Below are positions 45,103 through 54,329 of a stretch of DNA of 64,000 bases, piece after piece. Made by a program: the position numbers and the translations under genes. Each line of letters opens with the position of its first letter. Position 1 is the first letter of the stretch. This DNA comes from a virus, in the IMG/VR virus record IMGVR_UViG_3300037584_002838, positions 29,781-93,780 of that record, one strand, 5' to 3'. Under the pieces are notes generated by a model. It worked only from the letters and a program-made list of their open reading frames with translations. It did not search any database and was not told where the DNA came from.

Positions 45103-45233
45103 ATTATTGTGGAATATGCTATACTACACCCAACCCTCGACCCTTTGGTTTCTGTGAGAAATGTTGGGTAAAATACGGTTGCCCGAAGCCTATGAAAGCA
45201 TTCATAAGAGAAGGCAATCGTAAGAAGCAGTAG
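45099..45233 (+). CDS. 44-aa zinc-finger protein
   Basis: Manual translation MNYCGICYTTPNPRPFGFCEKCWVKYGCPKP... Confidence 0.55.
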   Translation: MNYCGICYTTPNPRPFGFCEKCWVKYGCPKPMKAFIREGNRKKQ

Positions 45234-45244
45234 GGGGTTCATAT

Positions 45245-46882
45245 ATGGCTGAAAAAAAGCGCAGATTTTCTTTTACTAATTTGTTTAGGCGTTCTACTCC
45301 TAAACCTGCTGATAGGCAGATATTCAACATGGGTATTCAAGAAAGACAGAATAACTACATGATGACAGCACCTATCATTTATTCTATGGTTCAACAATCA
45401 GTTATTGTTAGAACCTGTATTACTCAATTAAAACAAGAAGTATATCGAAGAGGATATACTTGGGAAAAGGCCTTTGAGTCTATTTGTAATAGTTGTGGAA
45501 AAAAACACCAAAGACCTGTTGCCGCATGTTCAAGATGTGGTTCAGAAAATTTGAAACTGCCCGATGTAAAGCAATTAGAATATGCTGAGAAGTTTTTGGA
45601 AGGGTATGTTAATCCATCAGAACAGTTATTCATTGATGTGCTAAAGGAATTAGAAGATGATTTGAATACTATGGATGATGCGTATATTGTTCTTGTTAAG
45701 GAATACTTTATTGATGGTAACGGACAAATAAGAATGCACCGTATCAAAGAAATATTCAGAGGCGACCCTGTAACTATGTTCATCTATGCAGATGAAGATG
45801 GTGTAAAAGGAACCAAAGGATTTACTTGTATTAATCATAGAGATGTTCTACATACAGAACCGCATCATACTTGTGAACACTGTGGAGGAAATACTTATCC
45901 CGTTCATTATGTCAATAGAGCAAATGGTGACGACCAATACTTCTTAGAGGGAGAAGTATTACATTTCAGTAAGTATAGTCCAAGTAGACTCTATGGTTTC
46001 TCTCCTGTTATCACACTATACAATCACATTATGACTCTTATTGCTATGGAGAATTATGTCAATTCAGCATATACTAAGAGTAGAATGCCAAGAGGATTGC
46101 TGGCAGTACAAACACGCAACATGGACTCAATGAGAGCATTTTGGCGTGGTGTAAAAGAGAAGATGGAATCAGACCCACACTTTATTCCTGTTATGGGTAT
46201 TGAAGCAGAAGGCGGTAAAGGTGCCGTAGAGTGGATTAAGTTTATGGATAGTCTAAAGGAAATGGATTACATTTCCGTAAAGGATGATTTGAGAGATAGG
46301 ATTTCAGCATTCTATGGTGTGAGTAAAGTATTCATGGCCGATAATACTACAAGTGGCGGTTTGAATAATGAAGGTATGCAAATCTTAGTTACTAATCGTG
46401 CAGTGCAAATGGCTCAGAATGTGTATAATAATTATGTATTCCCTTACTTAGTTAAACAATTTGGAATCACAGATTGGGTTCTTAAATTACCGCCATCCGA
46501 AGAAGAAGATGAAATCGCTGAGTTGAGAAAAAGAGAGATAGAAGTCAATATTGCGGCTTCAATCAAAAACTTAGGCTTTGAAGTAGAAATGGATGAAGAT
46601 GGTAACTTTACCTTTGAAAAACCGGAACCGGTTGAAGAAGAACAGCCAGCAGAAGAAGGCCAAGTAGAGAATGACCCATTAGCAGGTTCTAATTTAGACC
46701 AAAGGGATTTAGATGAACAAGCAAGACAATTTGCTCAAGGTGGAGGAAAACCACAGGAAAACCCACCAGCCACAAGGAATAAAGCCCGAAACGAAGTAGG
46801 GCCGGATAAGCGTATGACAGGATTACCAGCAGAAGCAGGTAATCAAAATGTAGATTCAAGAACTGAAAGGAGAGTTGGTTGA
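45245..46882 (+). CDS. Portal protein with Zn-ribbon insertions
   Basis: EVLHF..YGFSPV, N.Y...RMPRGLL, ISAFYGV; position between TerL and protease. Confidence 0.88.
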   Translation: MAEKKRRFSFTNLFRRSTPKPADRQIFNMGIQERQNNYMMTAPIIYSMVQQSVIVRTCITQLKQEVYRRGYTWEKAFESICNSCGKKHQRPVAACSRCGSENLKLPDVKQLEYAEKFLEGYVNPSEQLFIDVLKELEDDLNTMDDAYIVLVKEYFIDGNGQIRMHRIKEIFRGDPVTMFIYADEDGVKGTKGFTCINHRDVLHTEPHHTCEHCGGNTYPVHYVNRANGDDQYFLEGEVLHFSKYSPSRLYGFSPVITLYNHIMTLIAMENYVNSAYTKSRMPRGLLAVQTRNMDSMRAFWRGVKEKMESDPHFIPVMGIEAEGGKGAVEWIKFMDSLKEMDYISVKDDLRDRISAFYGVSKVFMADNTTSGGLNNEGMQILVTNRAVQMAQNVYNNYVFPYLVKQFGITDWVLKLPPSEEEDEIAELRKREIEVNIAASIKNLGFEVEMDEDGNFTFEKPEPVEEEQPAEEGQVENDPLAGSNLDQRDLDEQARQFAQGGGKPQENPPATRNKARNEVGPDKRMTGLPAEAGNQNVDSRTERRVG

Positions 46883-47111
46883 TATGACAGAAGATTTGAA
46901 ACAAAAAGAAATGAGATTGAAAAAAGAACTAGCAAAGGTTAGAAGTCAAAATGCGGCTGATAACCGAAAAGCAACAGTTAGTAGAGATTACTCTATTGGT
47001 GGACTACCACCGGACACTACGCATAAATCAATTAATGCGTCTAATGATGTTCCCGATGTAGTTTTGCTACCTTCTAAGAAAAGAGGAAAGAGGGAAAACA
47101 TTCCGTTCTGA
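46875..47111 (+). CDS. Hypothetical protein
   Basis: Coupled ORF. Confidence 0.65.
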   Translation: MVDMTEDLKQKEMRLKKELAKVRSQNAADNRKATVSRDYSIGGLPPDTTHKSINASNDVPDVVLLPSKKRGKRENIPF

Positions 47112-47121
47112 AGGTGATATA

Positions 47122-50100
47122 ATGTCATCTTGGAAGTCCATTATAGCAGGTCGTGAAAACGATGTCTATTTTCTACTAAAGGAATTAGTAGAAGATAGAG
47201 AAATAGCGAAGGCTATTGGTGATTTCAAAGGAGTATCTGGCCCGAATAAAAAACAAGAGGATGAGCGTAGTCTTAAAGAAAGACTCAAAGACTTTTCTAA
47301 AGGTAGGGTCGAGCAAAGAGAAAAAATAGAAAGAGCATTTGAATTATCAGAAAAGGCCATAAAGGAAAATGATAGTAAGGATGCTTCTGAATATATAAAA
47401 GAGTTATTTGTTTCAAAAGAGGGCTTTACTCAATTCGATAAAGAGATTTATGAAAGCATTAAAAATGTAATGGACACAAAGAAATATGAAACTAATATTG
47501 ATGTAAGTGATAAAGATAAAGAAATACTTGCTAATTATGGGCGGCAAGCAGTACGGGATTTTATTGAAGGGCAGATAGAGTCCTCTTTAGGTTTAATTGA
47601 ACCTAAAGAAGTTGATTATGAACAAAAAATAAAAGAAAGAGAAGTCGAGTATAAAAATGCGCGTGATAATGCTAAAGAAGAAGGTAAAAAATTAGATAAA
47701 CAAATAAAGTTTATGGAGTCTGTATTAGGTGGTAAAAAGGTAAGATTGAGCGAAGTCGCTGAAGTATTAGAATTACCTATGAGAACAAGAAATGTTTCTT
47801 TAGAACAAAGAAGAAAACTACAAGACGATATTCAAAGAAGAGAAAATAGACTAAAATCTATTAAATTAGAAATAAAACGAAATAAAGAAGAACTTAAATC
47901 ATTGGAAGAATCAATGAAGGCTAAAGGAAAAGAGGCTGGATATTATGCTCTGCCTAAAAATAAAAAGGAAGCAGAAAAAAAGAAAGCCATATTAACTAAA
48001 GAATCGAATAGATTAGATAAAGAATTAAAAGAAATTAAAGCAGATGAAATAGAAAAAGATAAAAAAGAATTAAATTCTTTGAAGTTAGAATCACAAAAAA
48101 GTATGAAATTAGAAACTATTCAAAATGAAAAAGGATTCAAAAATGAATTAAAATCTCTCAAGAGAAAAAAACAAGGATTATCTTCTAAAGAAGAAGTCGC
48201 TAAAGACAAACTCAATAGCCTTCTTAGAATGGCATCCGTTGAAACGGATAAAGAAGAGTTTAGGGATATATTTGAATCTCTTGAAGATTATGGTAAGTCA
48301 GCAGTAAAGGACACTATTAAAGAAGTACAAAACCTTTCCAAAGATGAACTAAATAGAAAAATAAGAGATTCAAAATTAAAAATAATTGCCTCAGATAAAA
48401 AGAGTGCATTGGAGTCCTTTGATGAAACTACTGAATTAGTAAAAGTAAGAATAGAAAATATATTTAGTCAAAAAGAAAAAGATAAATTAATAGCCACAGG
48501 TAAAGAAGAAAGACCACAGGCAAAAGAAAGTGTTGCTTTCTCTGAAATATTTGGTGAAATAGAAGGAAAAACTTCTTTGAAAACTATTAAAGAATTACTT
48601 AATGAAGAAGGATTTAAGCAGTATCTTAGTGTATTAGATAAGAAAATAGTAATAGAGGGAGAAAAGATAGGTGCCTACAAAAAAATGACCGCTAAACAAA
48701 AGAATAATTTTATTCTTGATAACATGCCTAAGTTTAAGGAATACTACACTAGGCTAATGAGGGTATTAGATGATTTAGAGGCAAAGACACCTACTGAAGA
48801 TAAAAAGATTACAAAAATCAAAAAACTAATGGCTAAGTTACAAAGCAGATTCAAAATGACTAAAGAGGAAAGGGAAAAGCGTAAAAAGTCACCTCTTAGA
48901 TATGGCGCACAAAAAACTGCTGACTTTGAAGGTAAAAGCAAAGCCGGTATAAAGCAGGTTGTTAAAGAGCAATTAGCCGCAGAAGAAAAAATGCTATATG
49001 GCTACTTCTTTGAAAGAGCAAGGGTTGATAGTGCAAAAAAGCAAGAAGCACTACTAACAAGTGATGTTGGTGCCCAAACAAGAAAGTTTTGGAATGACTT
49101 ATCTTCAAACATGGATGCGTTTTCTAAAGCGTCGTCAAACTATCAAAATGAAGATGACTTTGTAAAAGCAATACAATCTTTCATTGGTAAAAATAATCTG
49201 CATGTAATAGATATTCTTAACTTAATGGGAACTAAGAGAAATAATAAAATTAGAAGTGATATACTTACTTCTATACAAAGCAACAAACTTTATCAGGATT
49301 TGACAAGGGCTAAGAAAGAAGCACCTACTCGATACAAAAAAGAAACTCTTGAGCAAAAAATTGCAAGACAGAAAAGAGAAGGGAAACAGGAGAAGAAGAT
49401 ACCTAAGAAGTATGAGCCGGATAAGAGGTATGAACCAAAAGACCCACGATTCCCAGAAAAAGAATCTATGTTAAAATCCGAAAAAGAGTCTGATGAGAAA
49501 GTGATAGATTCTATAAAGTGGGGCAAATTAAAATTAGAAGATGCAGTTAAATTAGCAAATGACATTAAGGCCGCTAAAGATTCTGATGATTTCGATACAA
49601 GTAACAAAAGACTACATACCTTCTTTACAAAAGAAAAGGGTAAAGAAGATAAGAATAGATTCTTCGCCTTCGTTGATGTAAATAGCAAGGCCGAAGTAGT
49701 TGTTAGAGGATTTTCCTACAAAAAAGGAGATAAAGGCTACAATGAAATAGAAAAGGCCGCAGACAGTATTCTCAAAAACTTAGAGAAAGAAGTTACCTTT
49801 GAAGGACAGGAAATGACAATACTTGAAGTAATTAATAGAATATCAAGAAACACTTTCAAATACAAAGCCGGTAGAGTAGATTCTGACACGAAGGATGCGG
49901 TAAGAGAACAGTTTGGAAAACTTGTTGAAGAAGCAATTAAGAATGTTAAGATGAAAAAATCCGAGCAATTCAGAATACCAAAGTTTTTCAAATCAAGAGT
50001 TAAAGAAGATACTAAAGTGTTTAGAAATGACTTAATGAAAATATTCCTACCGCTTAAAGGTAAATACGCATCAGACTACAATGCAATCACTAGAGAATAT

Positions 50101-50682
50101 AAGTCTTTAGTTGAAATTGATAATAGAATCTTTTTGGGTGCCGAAAAATTGCAAGAAATAATATTTGATGTTTATGAAAAAATAAATAGTACGGCTAAAG
50201 TAGAACCTAAAGAAAAAGATATTGATACAAGAGCAGGGGAAATGACTTACGCAGGTTCTCTTTATGCAAAGAAAAATGCACAGTTAAAAAGATTACTTAA
50301 TGCTTTGAAGAACTTTTGGGAAAATACTGACGCAAAATTAGATGCTAAATCAAAAACATTGTCGGATTATGAACGAAGGATGAACGAAAAGATAGAGTCA
50401 TTATCACAAATGGAAGATATTGATAGTCCTAAAGGAAAGGCTATCGAAAAAGTTATTGGCATAATGAAAGATTTTGCTGATAGAATAAATGAAGAAAGAA
50501 AAGAATATACTGATTCCCGAAGCAAAGAAGAACAAATATTAATGGACAAAATAATTAAAGTCCGTGAAGATATAACTAAAGAAATAGCCGAAAATAAGCG
50601 TCTAATAGAGGCTATGGAAAGCGGTGAAGGAAAAAGAACTAAAAGAGGAATCAAAGTACCTGCAAAGGAGGAAGATGAATGA
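47122..50682 (+). CDS. Very large Lys/Glu-rich coiled-coil protein (1186 aa)
   Basis: Long ORF; starts MSSWKSII. Confidence 0.85.
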   Translation: MSSWKSIIAGRENDVYFLLKELVEDREIAKAIGDFKGVSGPNKKQEDERSLKERLKDFSKGRVEQREKIERAFELSEKAIKENDSKDASEYIKELFVSKEGFTQFDKEIYESIKNVMDTKKYETNIDVSDKDKEILANYGRQAVRDFIEGQIESSLGLIEPKEVDYEQKIKEREVEYKNARDNAKEEGKKLDKQIKFMESVLGGKKVRLSEVAEVLELPMRTRNVSLEQRRKLQDDIQRRENRLKSIKLEIKRNKEELKSLEESMKAKGKEAGYYALPKNKKEAEKKKAILTKESNRLDKELKEIKADEIEKDKKELNSLKLESQKSMKLETIQNEKGFKNELKSLKRKKQGLSSKEEVAKDKLNSLLRMASVETDKEEFRDIFESLEDYGKSAVKDTIKEVQNLSKDELNRKIRDSKLKIIASDKKSALESFDETTELVKVRIENIFSQKEKDKLIATGKEERPQAKESVAFSEIFGEIEGKTSLKTIKELLNEEGFKQYLSVLDKKIVIEGEKIGAYKKMTAKQKNNFILDNMPKFKEYYTRLMRVLDDLEAKTPTEDKKITKIKKLMAKLQSRFKMTKEEREKRKKSPLRYGAQKTADFEGKSKAGIKQVVKEQLAAEEKMLYGYFFERARVDSAKKQEALLTSDVGAQTRKFWNDLSSNMDAFSKASSNYQNEDDFVKAIQSFIGKNNLHVIDILNLMGTKRNNKIRSDILTSIQSNKLYQDLTRAKKEAPTRYKKETLEQKIARQKREGKQEKKIPKKYEPDKRYEPKDPRFPEKESMLKSEKESDEKVIDSIKWGKLKLEDAVKLANDIKAAKDSDDFDTSNKRLHTFFTKEKGKEDKNRFFAFVDVNSKAEVVVRGFSYKKGDKGYNEIEKAADSILKNLEKEVTFEGQEMTILEVINRISRNTFKYKAGRVDSDTKDAVREQFGKLVEEAIKNVKMKKSEQFRIPKFFKSRVKEDTKVFRNDLMKIFLPLKGKYASDYNAITREYKSLVEIDNRIFLGAEKLQEIIFDVYEKINSTAKVEPKEKDIDTRAGEMTYAGSLYAKKNAQLKRLLNALKNFWENTDAKLDAKSKTLSDYERRMNEKIESLSQMEDIDSPKGKAIEKVIGIMKDFADRINEERKEYTDSRSKEEQILMDKIIKVREDITKEIAENKRLIEAMESGEGKRTKRGIKVPAKEEDE

Positions 50683-51041
50683 CATGGGATTTTTATGATA
50701 ATGGCGAAGAGTTTATTCTAAAAGCCAAAAAAGAAGAACCAAAAACTATTCTAAATAGTTTAGATAAAAAGCAGACAAAAAAACTCAAAAAGACATTACA
50801 GGCGGCTGAACCAACGGAGTTTTTCGGCCAAGACTTTACAAAGATGGGTGACTTGATTGATGTCCTCAAAGACTTAGACCTTACTAAATCAGATAAAAAA
50901 CTAAATAAGCGTATGAAGAGTATGGATGAGCGCAACCTTGATATTATAGCCACCGCTACCAAACTTCGTAAGGACTACGAAACCTTGTATCGACAACTTC
51001 GGGAAATGGTATATCCAAAGAAAAAGGGTGATTCAAAATGA
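50679..51041 (+). CDS. Hypothetical protein (MTW start)
   Basis: Coupled ORF. Confidence 0.75.
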   Translation: MTWDFYDNGEEFILKAKKEEPKTILNSLDKKQTKKLKKTLQAAEPTEFFGQDFTKMGDLIDVLKDLDLTKSDKKLNKRMKSMDERNLDIIATATKLRKDYETLYRQLREMVYPKKKGDSK

Positions 51042-51262
51042 CTTGGTGGAACATAATCAAATCAAGAGGAATAAGCAGTGGTGGCGGAAAAAAGCCACCA
51101 CCGAGAAAGCCATCTAAGAAAAAAGGCGGTAGAACCATACAGGGCGGTACTTATGAAGCGGCTATGAATAATCTATCATTAGAATATTCCAAAGGTAAAA
51201 TGACTGTTAATCAGTATGTTCGTGAAAAGAAAAAGATTCAAAAGAAGTTTGGGAAGGATTAA
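51038..51262 (+). CDS. Basic protein with MTWWNIIK tag
   Basis: N-terminal family motif. Confidence 0.7.
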   Translation: MTWWNIIKSRGISSGGGKKPPPRKPSKKKGGRTIQGGTYEAAMNNLSLEYSKGKMTVNQYVREKKKIQKKFGKD

Positions 51263-51263
51263 A

Positions 51264-51503
51264 ATGACAGAAGTAAATGAAGATGTATTGGCTATACTAA
51301 AAGCCCTAACAGAAAAAATAGAGCAGTTGGAACAAACTGTTTATAATAATGATAATCTATTGATGAAGTCCGGTCTTGTTGTAGCAACAAGTCCAAGTCC
51401 AAAAATGAATAATACAATAGGTGCATCAACAGGAATCGGAGATGTTTCTAATATGGAATGGTCTGATATTCATAAGATGGTTGAAAAGATAGGTGGACAA
51501 TAA
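51264..51503 (+). CDS. Small protein ending in scaffold-like motif MEWSDIHKMV
   Basis: C-terminus nearly identical to the protease/scaffold C-terminus. Confidence 0.8.
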   Translation: MTEVNEDVLAILKALTEKIEQLEQTVYNNDNLLMKSGLVVATSPSPKMNNTIGASTGIGDVSNMEWSDIHKMVEKIGGQ

Positions 51504-51739
51504 TGCCAGAAAGAGTAACTAAAGAGGAAAGGCTTGTTAGCCTTGCTATCGAAAAAGCAAGAAAGGTAAAGCAAGAATTGAACGCTAGAAATGTAGAACC
51601 TACTCAAGTTAGGGTTATAGAAACAGACCCCGAACCTGTAAAGATAAAAAGACCTAAAGCAGTTAATGTAAAACCAAAAAACCAAACACAAAAGAAAGAA
51701 GGATATGGTCTTGGTGGAGAAACTACTGAACATAGGTGA
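51503..51739 (+). CDS. Hypothetical protein
   Basis: Coupled ORF. Confidence 0.7.
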   Translation: MPERVTKEERLVSLAIEKARKVKQELNARNVEPTQVRVIETDPEPVKIKRPKAVNVKPKNQTQKKEGYGLGGETTEHR

Positions 51740-51745
51740 TGTTCT

Positions 51746-54283
51746 ATGCCTAAATCCGGCCTTCTATTTGAGAAGGGTAAAGCCTCTAATGAAATCCTTC
51801 AATGTTTTGAAAGAGTAAGGGTCGCTTATCTTTCTGCAAGAACCGACCCTAAAGAGTACGGTTCAAAATGGAGAAGTGCCGTTGAATATCTTAGAGATAA
51901 CTATGATGATTCAGATGAGTTTGGAGAAGAGTTGAAAAAGTACATTGATTCCAAAGATTTAGAAAATGAGGATGCTTTAGATGTTACTACCACTATTGCT
52001 GAAAAAGTGTATGAATCAGTAAAAAGAATGAGATATGCTTCTGAACAAGTTTCTGACCCTTTCTCTAAAAACTTCAAGGATAATGTTCTTGAAGCATTAT
52101 TAGAATCACCCGAAACAATGGTTAAATTCGTGCATTATGCTATGAGGAATGATAATAAGGCACTTAATCCATCCATTTACAGCGTTAAAGACATGGAACC
52201 TGACACCATTACAGACGGTCTTATGGGTCTTGACCTAGAAGTGGAGGATATACCCCTGTATATTATCGAACACTATGGGGATGGAAAAGACTCAAAGAAG
52301 GTAGAAAAGAAAGTAAAGGCCGCACTTAATATGTTGGAGTTACTCTTCTTTTCCAAGCATAGCGAAGAAGAATGGGAAGAGTTAGAAGATATTGATATGG
52401 AAGTAGAAACACCCAAAAAGATGATACAGAAGTCTGAAACACAGAAGGGTAAAACTGATTTCATAACACCTAACAAACCTATGTATAGAATATTTGATAT
52501 TGATGATATTAGTGAATTGAAAGGTTTTAGTGGAGAATGGGTTGTTCAAGAAAAGTATGATGGTATGAGAATACAACTTCATAAAATAGATAATAACATT
52601 AAGGTATATTCTTACAACGAAAAAGACATTACCGATAAATGTAAAGACATAGTAGATGCTCTAAAGAAGAAGCATTTTGGTGATTGTATATTAGATGGCG
52701 AATTGATACTGTTTGATGGTGAAGATGCACTACATAGAGCAGATACAATCGCTCATGTGTTTAAGGGCAAATATCCTGATGCTAAACTAAAAGCACATAT
52801 GTTTGACATTATGCGACACAATGAGAAGTCTGTTGCTGATGAACCATTAAGTGATAGAATGAATATTATGTTTAATAATTATTCAGTGCATTCTACCGAA
52901 TACCTAAACTTCCCTTCAAAGAAAGATACTCGTATGGCCGATTCAATTAAGGACATAGAAAACTATTCAAAAGAAATTATGGATATGCCGACTTCTGAAG
53001 GTGTAGTAATTAAAGATGCTACTTCTACTTATTATATAGGAACACGAAAGAATCCTAAATGGATTAAGTGGAAAAAGTTTGTTGATTTAGATGTTATTGT
53101 ATTAGATAAGAAGAGAACAAAAAGTAATCTTTACTCTTATACTCTTGGTATTGACATTGGCCCAACTGAAGAAGAGGCTAAACATATCAAAGAATTAGAC
53201 GGTAAAAAGTACATGAATGTCGGAAAGGCACTTAATACTAAAATTGCCGTTGATGTCGGAGATATTATTAGAGTTAAAGTAGATGAAGTAAAGAAGAAAG
53301 GAGAAGTATATTCCCTTTATTCAGCCAAAGTAATAGAAGTACCGGAGGTTGAAATGCCGGATAAATTAGTTACATTAGAGATGTTATCAAAAGATACAAA
53401 GAAATCTCTTAACTATGATGTAAAAGCATTAGAGAAAGGAGTATCTATTACTGATTATATTCATGGAGAAGCCAATATTATTATTAAATCTGATATGGAT
53501 GGGTTTACTATTTACGGTTCTGAAGAAAACAATCTAATGTTTAAGAATGCCCTTGCTAATTTAGATGATTGGAAGCAACAGGCAGAAAGTATAATGAAAA
53601 CTAAACAAAGTATATTAGCAAATGAAATATTAAATTTTTTAGATGACGGCCCTAAACCAATTAAAAAATTACATGAGCATTTATTAAAAGAAGTTAAGTC
53701 TGAATATGAAGATATAATTTTAGATAAAAATAAAAACTTAAAAGATTGGGCTAAAAATAGAGATGGTATAGAATATAATCCTAAAACGAAAGAACTGTTC
53801 CGTGACCCCTCTAAAGTACAAAAAGAGCCAGAAATACTGAAAGCATACAAAACTCCTAAAAAATATCAAGAAGGTAACTTTAAGATATATTTAAGAGATG
53901 ATGAAAACTTAAATTTAGTAATTAAGTTAGAAGATGAAACTATCAATTGGCTTATTGATTTAGAAAAAGACGACGATATATTTAGATTATTTGGAAAGGC
54001 TAACAAATATCCTGCCCAAGTAGCACAGAACATATCCAAGAAAAAAGTTATTGATTCCGGTAAAATCAGATTAGGTGTTCAGAAAACAGGCTACCATGAA
54101 TACTTCTTAGAGGGTAATAAGTTTGAAACTAAGATGCACTTCCGAGTAATTGAAACGGATGATAAGACAATGTGGTTGGCATGGACGGGCTATAAACAGA
54201 AACCTGCTGATAAAGAAGGTGATTCCGGTTTATGGAATATCAGCGAAGATAGGTACTCAAAACTATCATTGCCGAAGAAATAA
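51746..54283 (+). CDS. Multidomain ATP-dependent ligase in the head module
   Basis: QEKYDGMR, LDGEL, MFDIM, EGVVIK, WIKWKK, OB-like region; extra N- and C-terminal domains. Confidence 0.88.
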   Translation: MPKSGLLFEKGKASNEILQCFERVRVAYLSARTDPKEYGSKWRSAVEYLRDNYDDSDEFGEELKKYIDSKDLENEDALDVTTTIAEKVYESVKRMRYASEQVSDPFSKNFKDNVLEALLESPETMVKFVHYAMRNDNKALNPSIYSVKDMEPDTITDGLMGLDLEVEDIPLYIIEHYGDGKDSKKVEKKVKAALNMLELLFFSKHSEEEWEELEDIDMEVETPKKMIQKSETQKGKTDFITPNKPMYRIFDIDDISELKGFSGEWVVQEKYDGMRIQLHKIDNNIKVYSYNEKDITDKCKDIVDALKKKHFGDCILDGELILFDGEDALHRADTIAHVFKGKYPDAKLKAHMFDIMRHNEKSVADEPLSDRMNIMFNNYSVHSTEYLNFPSKKDTRMADSIKDIENYSKEIMDMPTSEGVVIKDATSTYYIGTRKNPKWIKWKKFVDLDVIVLDKKRTKSNLYSYTLGIDIGPTEEEAKHIKELDGKKYMNVGKALNTKIAVDVGDIIRVKVDEVKKKGEVYSLYSAKVIEVPEVEMPDKLVTLEMLSKDTKKSLNYDVKALEKGVSITDYIHGEANIIIKSDMDGFTIYGSEENNLMFKNALANLDDWKQQAESIMKTKQSILANEILNFLDDGPKPIKKLHEHLLKEVKSEYEDIILDKNKNLKDWAKNRDGIEYNPKTKELFRDPSKVQKEPEILKAYKTPKKYQEGNFKIYLRDDENLNLVIKLEDETINWLIDLEKDDDIFRLFGKANKYPAQVAQNISKKKVIDSGKIRLGVQKTGYHEYFLEGNKFETKMHFRVIETDDKTMWLAWTGYKQKPADKEGDSGLWNISEDRYSKLSLPKK

Positions 54284-54329
54284 CCGATTTTATTATATAG
54301 TTAAAGAAGTACAAGGAAGGTTGAAAGAC

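Noticed and set aside
47122-50682. Tape measure or SMC/Rad50 ATPase call for the 1186-aa protein
   Set aside because: No Walker motifs, no Ala/Gly-rich TMP repeats or TM segments, and it is located in the head module rather than the tail module.
54150-54329. N-terminal extension of the protease ORF
   Set aside because: Overlaps the ligase end and a TATA box; the real start is most likely 54330.
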